This document shows positions 35,642-49,339 of a DNA stretch of 64,000 nt, in pieces. Under the pieces are notes generated by a model. The model was not told the DNA's origin and ran no database searches. It saw only the letters and a program-made list of their open reading frames with translations. The position numbers and the translations under genes are program-made. Every line of letters starts with the position of its first letter. Positions within the stretch are counted from its first letter, which is position 1. Source of the stretch: Geosiphon pyriformis uo1 (taxonomy: Eukaryota > Fungi > Glomeromycota); NCBI GenBank assembly GCA_016748015.1, contig JAAOMT010000309.1:219266-283265 (forward strand). The letters are read 5' to 3'.

Positions 35642-37966
35642 CTGGTTAGAAAAGCTAGCTTGGAAGAATGATGTTGTCAGGAAAAATTTCTCATGATGTT
35701 GAGAGTTCCAGCCATCCTAATCATATTTGTATATTGCTGATAGAGAAGCCAGTCCAGAAGAGCAATGTTGCTTCCATTCAAGCAAAAAATGCAGCAATAA
35801 ATTGTCTTATATTTCTGAAATAACAGCATATAAAACACAAGTAAAATACAACAGAAAACAAAAACTTTGACAACAAATTTGTTAAAAACTAATATAAATA
35901 TATTTTACAAAACAACAAAAAGATATTTAAAATTTCTTAGATATCAAAAAAACTTTTTTTTAGCAAAACTAATGCTTACAAATAAGCATAAAAAAAACTG
36001 CATANNNNNNNNNNNNNNNNNNNNNNNNNNNNNNNNNNNNNNNNNNNNNNNNNNTTTTTTTTTGATTTAGATTATAATATATTAATATATATAAATATAT
36101 AATATAATTTTAATTGGTTTAAAAATTTAATTATATGTAATAAATATTTAATTTATATTTAATTTAAATTTTTAATTTATTATATAATATTAAATAGCAA
36201 ATAAATTATATTTATTAAATAAAAAATAAAATAAAAACATAAAAATTTAATATTAATAATAAAAACAGTCTGTTTTTAAAGTAATTAAAACAAATTGAAA
36301 AAAATATTTTGTTTTAAATATTAATTTTTTAGCTGTTAAAAGAAAAAATGTCATAGATAATCAGAAAGTTATTTTTAACTATATATAGTTTTAGAAGAGT
36401 TATTATTTTTTTAAAATTTCAAGAAATTATTATTGGCTGCAGATAAAAAAATCTTAGTAAACAGTAATCTTAAGAAACAAAAAGTACATTTAAATTGAAT
36501 GGTAATTATCAAAAAAATTCTTATGGATACTTTTAAGAAAGCAATCATTTCAGCTTTGTTCAAGTTCAGTAATATTGTATTAGTTGAATAGACTGTAGCA
36601 GAAGGCTATAATAAAGTTTGCTGAATTGGATCAAGTTTTTATATCTAAAATGGGTGAAGAGAAACATTTTAAAAAAACAGTATATTTATGTTATGTATAT
36701 TTGTTGCTTCATTTTTACTTGCATTATTTTGACAAACTATTTATTATTAACAAAAATAACTGATTTTGAATAAAAAATGAGAGTATTGAAAGTTTTACCA
36801 CAGGTTAGTACATTCCATATTTAGTCTTTTCTATAATCTACATCTAGTGATAATTTCACAGCAAATACTACAATATTAGTATATTGCTGGTGTTACAGGT
36901 AAACTTGGTGGGTATAGAAAATGGTAACATTTGGTGCTCTCAATTATTAATGATGCGTCTTCCACGTAATTTTGTTGGCTTAATCTTGATTATCAGTCTC
37001 TGAAGATCTATTCCTGGATGTAAATTTTATCTATTGAGTTCTTTGGTTATAAGGCACAGAGTTTGTCTTTCATCGATTGCAACGTTTTTCGTAAATGTGA
37101 GCTTTCTTTTCTGAACTAATGAGTGCAGTCATTAGAGTTTGGCATTGTCTTTTCGCCCTTTTGGTAAGCTAACAAGATAATGTTAATATACAAAACTTAG
37201 GGGGAGCTTCTCTCTTTTACCAGGCTATCACGAAGTCTATTTCCAGACAGTTGATTTTACTATATTGCCGCTCCACAAAAAATAAGACAGAAAAAGAAAA
37301 AAAAAAGAAAAAAAAAGAGAGAAAAGATAAATTAGTATCATCAATTGCCGTGATCAAGAGCAATTGGTCCAAATTGTTAATAAGTTTGAGACAGTTATGC
37401 TAAGAGCATCTGTTCTAGAATGGAGGTACAAGACAAGGGTTAATTCACATAAATTTCACAAAGTTCGAGAACATGAATTCGTGATTCTGATTTCTTTTAA
37501 TAATTGGTTTATTTTAGGAGATGAAATAGGGAAGATAATAAAGGATGAAGAGGTATGGATATTTTAATTTCTGGTCTAGAGGTTCGTATTTATTTTTTCT
37601 TTTCTGTCTTTTTTCACTTCTACAACTACTTGTTTTTATACATTTTTTTGGTTTTACAGAATTGCTTTCAATTGTCTTACTATCGCTAGCTATTGCTTTG
37701 TTGTTTCTGTTATTGCTTCGTTTTTCTATGTTATCACTAATTATTCTATGTTATAACACATTATCTGACATTATTACATGTTATTCTGTGTTATCCTGCA
37801 TTATAACACATTATCCTATGTTATTGCACACTATTCTGTGTTATTTTGTGTTATAATATGTTATCTAACGCTATTGCATGTTATTCTGTGTTATGTCACA
37901 TTTTGGTCATGTTTCTTCATAACTTTGGATCGGTTTTTCTACTCAGGTAACATTATATCTTTCTTT

Positions 37967-38698
37967 TTAAAATTGAGCTCCTGCAAAACCGTATGTATCT
38001 GTTATCGTGGCTTCATTCGTGTAATGTTTAATTGTTGCCTCGAGTATTGTCTTTTGTAGGTCTTTAAACTGTTGATTGGTTATTCGTCCTATGCTGTTAA
38101 CCATTATGGTTTTCATAGATCCGTTCAGTAGTACATTTGGGCAATGTTGGAAGGCAGCATATAGTCAGTATGCTGCTTTGTAATGTAGGGTCAGGTTGTT
38201 TTTCCCTATGAATTTTTCTACTTGTTGTATTGCTTCTTTGTTGAACGTTTTCTGGCTGAGGTCTTCGTATAGTGTTTTCAAGTCAAATTGTTCTCCAATT
38301 TTGTAGAACCAATAAGCTAGAGAAAGTCTTTCTTTCCATTCCTGGGCATTGTCAAGTGTTCACTCTCCTGTTTCGGGGAGTTTGGTCCCACAAGCTAAAG
38401 CTTTTTTTATTTCTTTGAGCTCAAAGACCAAGTATCTTCTTTTGTAACCTTTTTCTCATTCTTTGCCTCCTTTTCCACCTCCCGCCCAAAGGCAATTTTT
38501 CCTCCCACATTGCCTTTCGGGTGATAGATAGAGAAGAAAATATTTAGTTCTAATTGAACTTTTGTCTTCTTTTCTCCTGCTTTTATCTTTGTACCGTATC
38601 TCTTTTTTATCAATTGTTATTTCTATTTGAGATGTCGATTTTTGAATTGTTTCAAATAATTGTTTAAATAATTTTAAAATTTGATCTGAAAGGTCTAT
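37967..38698 (-). pseudogene. ORF3, copy 2
   Basis: Same 732-nt frame; ATG mutated to ATA. Confidence 0.65.
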
Positions 38699-38778
38699 GT
38701 TGAAATTTCTATCGTTTCTTACTGCTTTTCGGATGCTATATATATTTGAATTCTCTAATTTAATTTGCTATCTATTGT

Positions 38779-41700
38779 CTACGTTTCAATGACAATAATT
38801 GGTTCCAGATCTCATGGTATATCTTCTGGTCTGATTAATGAAATTTGTGTTCCTAGTTGAGTTACTGATGACAATGATTCCTGTTTTACATGATAAATTT
38901 TTAACCGATTTCTATGCGCTACTTTCTTTAAAATCCTGTCTTCCAATTGTAATTTGTAAGCTCCATTTCCTAACGCTTTGTGTATATGGAATGGACCATC
39001 CCACTTTGGGTCAAACTTTCCATTCCACTGTTTCTCAGTTTTTGTACAATGTAACAGTACTTGGTCTCCAATCTTAAATTCCATTGGTTGTTCTGATAGG
39101 TGTTTATCATGTTTTTCTTTTTGTCATTCTTGAGCATGACTAATATTGCCAGCTGCTGTTCTTCGATTGTTTTTCAATGTTTCCATTAGCTAATACGTTC
39201 TTTGGTGTAAGATAGCCTCAAAATTCTTTTCATTGATTGTTTCTGTTGGGTATGACGGTATCACTTGTTCAATCAGTAACGTAGCTTTTTTTCTATAGAC
39301 TAGTTTGAATGGTGTGAACTGAGTCATATTTTGTTTCAATGTTTGGTATGTAAAGAGTACAGAAGATATAAATAAGTCCCATTCTTGTCTGTTTTCATGA
39401 CTTATTTTTACTAGTGCTTCGCACAGTGTTCTGTTAAATCGTTCTACCAGTCCGTTTGTTTGTGGGTGGTATAGTAATAATAAAGGTCTCTTTATTCCAA
39501 ACCATTGGCTTAGTTCAGTCAGCATATTATTAACAAAGTGTGTTCCCTGATTAGATAATAATTCTTTCGGACATTCATGTCAGCAAATTAAGTCTTGATG
39601 CACAAATTCGGTGACTGTTTTGGCGTTAGCCACTTGGATTGCTCTGGCTTCTGGCCATTTTGTAAGATAGTTTATGGCTACAGCAATATAGTGATTTCCT
39701 TGGGATGTAATTGAAAGAGGTCCAACCAAATCGATCCCAATTTTATCAAATGGATTTCCAACTGGAATGGGTCGAAGTGGTTCTGTTGATCTTGCTCTTC
39801 CTCTTTGCTGGCATGCATTACAATTGAGCACGTATTCGAAAATGTCTTTGTGCATCGTTGACCAATAGTATAAGTTTAGTGTTCTTTCAAGGGTAGTGTT
39901 TTTGTTAAAGTGTTCTGTAGTCGGATCTGAATGCACACTATATAATATAGTTTCTCTTTCACTGTCCGTGATTAGTTGTTGTAAGTTGGGGTGGTTTTGG
40001 CATTTTTGTCAATATAGTTGGTTGTCTTGAATAAAATAATTTTGGGCTTGTTTTCATATGGTACTCTGTTTCTGTTGAGATAATATCTCCTTGAAACTTA
40101 GTGTCGATAGGTACTGATGTAGTTGTTGATAAGTGAGTGTGTCTATGGGTCTGGGATTAGGTTTGTGGTGTTCTTGGATCCTTCCTTGTAATAGACTTTG
40201 AGTAAGAATTGTTGCAGATAAGTACTCCATCTCACATATTTTCCTTCTAGTTGTGGATTGTTGAGTAACTAAATAAGTTCTTTGTGGTCGGTATATAGGT
40301 CAAATGGTTGACTGAGGTAATGTTTCCAAGTCTGTATGGCCTAATAAATGGTGAGACATTCTAGATCTGTTGTGCTGTAATTCTTTTCTGCTGAACTAGT
40401 GCTGCAACTAGTGTAAGCAACTGAGTGTTCTCTATTGTCCAGTCCTATCTGTGATAAGACTACTCTTAGAGCATTTTTCGAGACGTTTGTAGCAACAATG
40501 AACCGTTTAGTGAAATCTGGGTAAATTAGGATTGGGGATGTGATCAATCACTGTTTGAGATAGTCGAATGCTCTCTGTTGATTTTCCTTTTACAAATATG
40601 GTACGTATTTAGACAACAATTGATGGAGTGGTTTTACGATGTTCGAGAAACCTTTGACAAATTGACAATAATATCTTGCTAATCCTAGAAATTCTCGTAA
40701 TTCTTTGAGGTTGATTAAGGCTAGAAAATCCTTGACTTTTTGTACTTTATCTGGATCAGGTTTAACTTTATCCTTGCTGATTACATGTCCTAGGAATTTT
40801 AACTCAGTTTTTCCAAAGAAGCACTTCTCGGGATTGAGTTTCAATCCAGCACTACAAAGGCATTTGAAGACTTGTTGCAGGTGGAGCAGATGGTCTTCGA
40901 ATGTTTCAGAGAACATGTTTGTGTCATCTAGATAGACTACTACTGATTTCCAAAGGATTTCTTTGTATACTATATCCATCAGGCGTTGAAATGTGGCAGG
41001 AGCATTACAAAGTCTAAAAGGCATTACGTTAAACTCAAAGTTTCCATCTCGAGTGGTAAATGCTGTTTTTCTTTTGTCTTTGGGGTCCATTTCAACTTGC
41101 CAGTAACCACTTGCTAAATCTAATGACAAGAACCATTTCTTTTTCCCTAGATTGTCCAGAATTTCTTGGATGAGAGAAGTGGGATAATTATCTCTTCGCA
41201 TGACACTATTTAGTTTTTGATAATCTATGCAGAATCGCACTTTTCCATTTTTCTTGGTGACTAAGACTACTGGCGAGGACTAAAGGCTTAATGATTCTTT
41301 GATTAGGCCGTTATCAAGCATCTGTTGCACTTCTTGCTTAATTAGGTTATCGCCAGAAGGGAGTATGCAGTAAGTTCATTGCTTAATTGGTCAAGTGTCT
41401 CCTGTATCAATCTGATGCTTCACAATGTCGGTGCATCCGAACTCATTTTTGCTGGCAAAGACATCAGCATACTGATTCAGAAGGACTTTGAGTTGCATTT
41501 GTTGCAAGGTACTTAAATTTCCTAAATTCAATTTATTGATCTCTTCTGGTATGAACAAGTAACTTTCTTTTGGCAAATTCCATACTTGTAAGGTAATGTC
41601 ACAGAATAAGAATAATTGTGCGAAATCTGGAATGGATTGAGGTTTTTTAGGATTCTGACTATCTGCAAATATGGAACTGATGAGGGTCCCTTTGGAGATT

Positions 41701-44700
41701 TCAATGACATCTTCTGTCGGGTTGTGGATGAGGATTTTGAAGTGTTTATGGGCTTTGGCTGGTAGGTATAGATTAGCAACATCAGCTAGGGAACAGATTT
41801 CAGGACTGGCTTCAAATAATAAGGCTTGATCTTGGATCTTTCGATTCACCTTGAGGATGTATTGTCGGTATGAGAAAATGGAGATAACAGTGTTGGTGTG
41901 GATAAATTCTACCTGGTTACTGTCTTCTTCCGTGAAATTAACTGGTACGTTTCCTCTTCCACTTGATCCAAACCCATTAATTCCTCGGGCAGTGAGGCCT
42001 AACTCTTTTCAGGTTGTTATCAGGATTAATTGGAGTATTTTAAGGGGTAAAAAGATAGCTTGGGCAATCTTTTCTTGTGATTCTATTTTGTAGGGTCTGT
42101 TTGAATTGTTTTGTAGCATCACGATGATGTTTTCCATGTAACTGGCATCAATGATTTCTCTTTTTATGTCGATTTTTTTCTTGGTAAGACTAGATCGAAA
42201 GGCAACTTGTATCATTGTACTAACAGAAATTTCTAATGCTATCTTAAGATCTATTTTTACGAGGGAATGTGGGGCTATAATAATGGGTGATTGTCCAGGG
42301 TATTATAAATTGAAACTGGCATCAGTGTCATGTGCTCTTTCGGGGCAGATTCTTTCCTCGTTGTCACTGTACCATTTTAGCTTTAGTTCTTTGGAGAGGT
42401 TGGAATATGCGAGATATTGTTCTGTTTTGGTATCCTCAGTTGGATCTTAAAACGACATGTCCTCGGTGATCAATACCTCTTTTTCGGGTTCAGATAGTTT
42501 GGTGATTGGAAACAGTATTCTTGGAGGCAGATTGAACATGAGATCACATTCATCGCAGTACTGGAAGTGACAAGAGATCAAACAGTGATCGCATAGTTTG
42601 GTATTCAAATTGGCCAACCTTTGCTCCTGTTCCTCGCAAGTTGGGGCCAATTCCTGATATTAGTTCTGAAATGCGTCTGGGTCATCTGTGAAAAAATCAT
42701 CCTCAGGGTAGTCGAATCCAGTATATTCGGGCGTCCAAGGGTTGTCCTTAATTTCTCGTATTTTTTCAAGTGTGGTGCCTTTGGTCTTGGTGCTTGCCAT
42801 TCTCCAGATTTCGTGGTTATTGTGTGAATAACTGTCTAGCCTGTTGAGTGCTCGTTTCTAAGTGTCCTCGATAGGGGTTCCCTTTCGTACCCAATCGTTG
42901 ATTAATATGGTGTATTGACAAGCCTCGTCACATGTTCCTCCTCTGCCAGGCACATCATTCCAGAGTCCTTTATCTGGCAGGATTTCACTACATGTGAAGC
43001 ACGATGTGTGGTCCCACTTGCCTTGTCATTTTGGTCATCCAAATCTTTCCAGTAAACAAGGCCTGCAATAGTATTTGGTGGTGGTGGGCCATTTTTTGTT
43101 GTCCCCAATACATGCACCCATAGTGGATAGTTTTTTTCCACAATTAACACATATTAGTCTTGGGGGTTGGTAAAATAAGTTTCTTTGGTCTGAAGTTACG
43201 TATCTTAGTGATGACGATTGGGGTTCTTCTTTGGCTCTGCCTTTTTTTTTTTCTTCTCAGGTTGGTGGTGGGAGTAGTTCAGTTCAATAATCATCTGCTC
43301 ATGAAACCTGATAGGTCTCAATGGTTGGTGGTATTGATGTGTTTTTGAATTCAATAAGGTGTTCCTTGGTACATTGGTTTTTAAAGTGTCTGCACGTAGC
43401 TGGGACTTGGGCATACTGTCTATTGAATGTGAGTTGAAGTTCTTGGGTGTTCCAATCAAAAGTAGCATTGGCTTTTGACAACCAGTCATTTCCTACTAGA
43501 GCTTGATATTGAGTAGCTTCCATGACGAGTACTTTGGTAGAGATTTAGATTCCATTAATCTCGAAAGGGAAGTTGTCAATTTCTCCTATCAGGGTTTTTG
43601 TGTTTCCATCCATTGTAATGATCCGGGCAGTAGTGGCATGGTCTACTTGGCGACCTAGTTGGTCTATGAGCTGCTTCGTGATTATGCTACCGGCTGATCT
43701 ACTATCCAGGATTAATTTAATGTCTATTCCTCCGACTCTGGCATCAGTGTATAGGGCCATTATTGGTTTATCCTGATTGATGGCTGCTCCACTAAAAAGG
43801 CTATGTGTGTTCAAATTATTGATGTCAAAAGGAAATATGGCGGCTAGGGTGGTGTCTTCGGTAATAGTGGCTGGTGGGATATTGCTTTTTGTTTGCTTAG
43901 AAGGTTGGGAGATTTGTTCTATATCTCCTTCTTCCACAAGTGTAGATTTATCAAAACCCTGGTCTTCTATAAGACCAAGATAGGAAGCTTGATTTGGGTA
44001 TCCAGTTGGTGTTGATTGAGATTGGGCAGAACTGCGAAGGATTGGTTGAGATAATCTACTGTTGGTTTGTACCTGATTGTTGTTGGGATTCCTTCATTTC
44101 TGATTATAGTCTATAGCTCGAGGTCTGGACGGGCTGTAAGGGGAAGTTTGATAGTAAGGGATTGCTTGTGTCATTGGTGGTAGTTGATAATAATTCTGGG
44201 GCGGTGGTTGAGTGTACGAGACTTGTTGTGCATATAAGGGTGGTTGATTCTAATATATAAAATATTAGAGTACCATGTTTTGCTGATATCTGGATTGCTG
44301 GTATGGGTTTTCTTGATTTTGGTCCATGATCTTCCTTCTGCAGTCACAGGCAATGTGTCCAAGTTTCTGGTAGTAGTAGCAGTTGTAGGGATCGGATCTC
44401 CAAGATTGTTGCTGTTGCTAACAGTTCTGTTGCTGTGGGTATCTGCTGTTGTTGTTATTTTCTCTCCATTGGGGTGGTTGGTAAGTTTCTGTAGTTCTGG
44501 CTAAGAATCCCTCAATTTTCTGAGTTAGTTTTTTACTCAATTGGGTTATCTTTGCATTAATGTCAGAGGTTCTATTAATGGCTAAATTAACGGCTTGGGT
44601 ATGATTTGCTTTTTGTTCTACAGACTCAAAATTGCGAGCGAGAGTGACAGTGTCTTGTAAACTGGTTGGATGGCGGGATCTTATGGATCTTAGAATATTA

Positions 44701-45960
44701 CTCCACAATCCTTTAATGAATTGATTAAGAACTTGCGCCGTAGTATAGTAGTCTCTTTTGATAGCTAATATTTGACGCAGAATTTGATTAAATCATCCGA
44801 GATAAGTAGTTACTGCTTCGTGATCTTTTTGTTTAATTATGCTGAATTGATTCTGCAATCGGATTAACATATTGGGGTCACAGAAGTATTGCAGAAATGC
44901 GAGTTTAAACTCAGTAAAGGAGGTAGGCTTTTCTGTTAGGCTCTGGTACCACAAATTGGCAGTTCCAATCAGAAAGAACGGCAGTGCCTGAACTGTGCGG
45001 TTGTCATTCCAACCATTAGCGGTAATTGCTTTCTCGGCATCTGCAATCCAAGAATATGCATTATCTTTTTCACCAGAGAATTTTTCCAATTTAGCGATAT
45101 TCAGGTAAGCCATAATCCAGTTAATGGGTGGGGTGTTACTGGTTATGTTTAAAGAGATTGGTGTCTGTGTATTCGAGTGTTTTCTGGGTGCTAATGCTGG
45201 TTGCTTTCCTTTGTCACTTGAACCAATAGGTTGTAAGATAGCTGTTTTTTCCATTAGGGAAGATGCTGATTCTGTTAAGTTTTGTGCTGGTGGCTGTTCC
45301 TAAGTTGACGGGTTTCCTTCTGTTTGACCGGCTGCTGGAGTAAGATTTCCAAACAGCGATCCGTATTCTCCTAGTGATTTGGTCCAACTGTGTTGATTCC
45401 AAGAGTGTGGATTTCCAGGAGTTTGTGATGTTTCCGACTGGGTTTCCAGGGGTGGGTTGAATACAATTCTACTTTGAGATGTCTGATAGTATGATGGAGT
45501 TGTTGGAAAGAGGACCCTTAGTTTTTTGTTAACCATGAACTTGGCTTGGGCAGTTATGGGGTTGTTGGATTTGTTTTCATATTTCTCAGGGTCGGATTCC
45601 ACTGGTTGTTGTACTTGAGGGAATCGTTGTGCCACATAATATTTAATGTCTGTATTAATTATGCACAGAGTTTCAGCGATTGCTTGGGTAGTTGTGGCTG
45701 TTGAGTACCTTAGTAAGCTTTGATGGATTTGTTCTCTAAGTCTTCCTGTATCAGTTGCGCAGCCTAACAAGCAGTCAATTTTTGTGTTGATATAGTTACA
45801 AAAATCACTTTCTACATAAGCAGTTCCTGCTGGTATTCCTAGGTCTTTTCGAAAGTATTGAAATAGTGTTTTTCTGTATAAAGAGTGGTCCTTTCTTATT
45901 GTTCCAATAGTTGCCACTTTTATGTATTTTTGGAGGTGCTCTGTCTCTGTGGATTTATAA
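38779..45960 (-). pseudogene. gag-pol with dUTPase (~41955-42390), copy 2
   Basis: YLDD intact (ORF 40590-41240); protease LILDS; integrase IGIDLVGP, YHPQTNGLVERFN. Confidence 0.93.
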
Positions 45961-47422
45961 CCTCACAGGGAGCACCAAATATTATGGGTAAACTTGGTGG
46001 ATATGGGAAATGGTAACGTTTGGTACTCTCAATTATTGATGATGCATCTTCTATGTAATTCTGTTGGCTTAGTCTTGATTATCAGTCTCTGAAGGTCTAT
46101 TCCTGGATGTGAATTTTACCCATTAAGTTCTTTGGTTATAAGGCACAGAGTTTGTCTTTCGTCAATTGCAATGTTTTTCATAAATGTGAGCTTTCTTCTC
46201 TGAACTAACGAGCACAGTCATTAGGATCTGGCATTGTTTTTTCGCCCTTCTGGTAAGCTAACAAAATAATGTTAATATCCAAAACTTAGAGGGAGCTTCC
46301 CTCTTTTACCAGGCTATCACAAAGTCTATTCTCAGACAGTCAATTTTACTATGTTGCTGCTCCACAAAAAATAAGACAGAAAAAGAAAAAAAAGAAAAAA
46401 AAAAAGAAAAAAAAGAGAGAAAAGATAAATTAGTATCGTCAATTGTCATGATCAAGAGCAATTGGTCCAAATTGTTAATAAGTTTGAGGCAGTTATGCTA
46501 AGAGCATCTGTTCTAGAATGGAGATACAAGACAAGGGTTAATTCATGTAAATTTTACAAAGTTTGAGAACATGAATTCGTGATTCTGATTTCTTTTAATA
46601 ATTGGTTTATTTCAAAAGATGAAATAGGGAAGATAATAAAGGATGAAAGGGTATGGATATTTTAATTTCTGGTCTAGAAGTTTGTATCTATTTTTTCTTC
46701 TCTGTCTTTTCTCACTTCTACAACTACTTGCTTTTATACATTTTTTTGGTTTTACAAGATTGCTTTCAATTGTCTTGCTATCGCTAGCTATTGCTTTATT
46801 GTTTCTGTTATTGCTTTGTTTTTTTACGTTATCACTAGTTATCCTATGTTATAACACGTTATTTGACGTTATTATATGTTATTCTGTATTATCCTGTGTT
46901 ATAACACGTTATCTTATGTTATTGCGCACTATTCTGTGTTATCCTGTATTATAACATGTTATCCAATGTTATAACACGTTATCCAACGCTATTGTATGTT
47001 ATTCTGTGTTATGTCACGTTTTGGTCACGTTTTTTCATAACTTTGGATCGGTTTTTCTACTCGGGTAACACTGGTTAGAAAAGCTGGCTTGGAAGAATGA
47101 TGTTGTCAGGAAAAATTTCTCATGATGTTGAGAGTTCCAGCCATCCTAATCATATTTGTATATTGCTGGTAGAAAAGCCGGTCCAGAAGAGCAATGTTGC
47201 TTCCATTCAAGCAAAAAATGCAGCAATAAATTGTCTTATATTTCTGAAATAACAGCATATAAAACACAAGTAAAATACAACAGAAAACAAAAACTTTGAC
47301 AACAAATTTGTTAAAAACTGATATAAATATATTTTACAAAACAACAAAAAGATATTTAAAATTTCTTAGATANNNNNNNNNNNNNNNNNNNNNNNNNNNN
47401 NNNNNNNNNNNNNNNNNNNNNN

Positions 47423-47952
47423 GTTGTTGGCTATACTGTTGGAACAAAGATTTGGCAAATCCTAAATGGTTTGTTTCTATGTTTTCTGGTTCTGTCACTT
47501 TTGGATGATTGTTGTTGGTGCTGGTTTTCTGTAGGATTATACTTCACAGAAAGCACCAAATATTATAGGTAATTATTTGGGGTCTCAAAGCAAATAACAA
47601 ACCCATAACTTGGTGCTCAATTGATATAATGATAATGATTTCTGAATGTCTGGTTGATCTAAAGATTTTGCTTATTTGAAGGTTTTGTTGTGAAGTTTTT
47701 TGTATAATAGACAGAGATTCAATAGTTGTTTTAGTAGCCTTGCAGAATCACAATTTCATTAAATTTTTTTCTTAACTTGGTGACTGGTAATCCTCCTAGT
47801 AAGCTATCCTTAAATTTATAAATGTTTTACCTTTGTTTTACAGGTTTTTTACCAGTCCTTATATTCTGACATCAGTATTTCAGTGCTTAATTTTTAATTA
47901 ATTTAGTAACAACAAAAGAAATAACAATAGAAAAATAAAGAAAACAAAAAAA
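47423..47952 (-). mobile_element. Fragment of a second gypsy family: part of the 5' LTR (47561-47952), PBS and start of gag
   Basis: The minus strand reads ..tataata-tttggtgctttctgtgaag (same PBS type), then NNHPKVTEPENIETNHLGFAKSLFQQY, homologous to the family-1 N-extension. Confidence 0.8.
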
Positions 47953-49339
47953 NNNNNNNNNNNNNNNNNNNNNNNNNNNNNNNNNNNNNNNNNNNNNNNN
48001 NNAATTTGTTGTCAAAGTTTTTGTTTTCTGTTGTATTTTACTTGTGTTTTATATGCTGTTATTTCAGAAATATAAGACAATTTATTGCTGCATTTTTTGC
48101 TTGAATGGAAGCAACATTGCTCTTCTGAACTGGCTTCTCTACCAGCAATATACAAATATGATTAGGATGGCTGGAACTCTCAACATCATGAGAAATTTTT
48201 CCTGACAACATCATTTTTCCAAGCCAGCTTTTCTAACCAGTGTTACCCGAGTAGAAAAACTGATTCAAAGTTATGAAGAAACGTGACCAAAACGTGATAT
48301 AACACAGAATAACATGCAATAGTGTTGGATAATGTGTTATAACATTGGATAACATGTTATAATACAGGATAACACAGAATAGTGTGCAATAACATAGGAT
48401 AACGTGTTATAACGCAGGATAATACAGAATAACATGTAATAATGTCAGATAACATGTTATAACATAGGATAACTAGCGATAATGTAGAAAAACAAAGCAA
48501 TAACAGAAACAACAAAGTAATAGCTAGCGATAGCGAGACAATTGAAAACAATTCTGTAAAACCAAAAAAATGTATAAAAGCAAATAGTTGTAGAAGTGAG
48601 AAAAGACAGAGAAGAAAAAATAGATATGAACCTCTAGACCAGAAATTAAAATATCTATACCCCTTCATCCTTTATTATCTTCCCTATTTCATCTCCTGAA
48701 ATAAACCAATTATTAAAAGAAATCAGAATCACAAATTCATGTTCTCAAACTTTGTGAAATTTATGTGAATTAACTCTTGTCTTGTACCTCCATTCTAAAA
48801 CAGATGCTTTTAGCATAATCATCTTGAACCTATTAATAATTTGGACCAATTGCTCTTAATCACGGCAATTGACAATACTAATTTATCTTTTCTTTCTTTT
48901 TTTTTTCTTTTTTTTTCTTTTTCTGTCTTATTTTTTGTGGAGCAGCAACATAGTAAAATTGACTGTCTGAGAATAGACTTTGTTATAGCCTGGTAAAAGA
49001 GGAAAGCTCTCCCTAAGTTTTGGATATTAACATTATTTTGTTAGCTTACCAGAAGGGCGTAAAGACAATGCCAGACCCTAATAACTGCACTCGTTAGTTC
49101 AGAAAAGAAAGCTCACATTTATGAAAAACATTACAATCGACGAAAGACAAACTCTGTGTCTTATAACCAAAGAACTCAACAAGTAAAATTCACATCCAGG
49201 AATAGACCTTTAGAGACTAATAATCAAGACTAAGCCAACAGAATTACGTAGAAGATGCATCATCAATAATTGAGAGCACCAAACGTTACTATTTTCCATA
49301 TCCACCAAGTTTATCCGTAACATTTGGTGCTCCCTGTAA

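Larger units (their letters stand above)
36891..47070 (-). mobile_element. Ty3/gypsy element copy 2 (3' LTR 36891-37952, 5' LTR 45980-47070, TSD CTGG 36887-36890 / 47071-47074)
   Basis: Colinear with copy 1, including both flanks. Confidence 0.97.

Noticed and set aside
37731-37900. CRISPR-like regular repeats
   Set aside because: 10-bp tandem units without unique spacers, inside LTRs of a eukaryotic retrotransposon; no cas genes.
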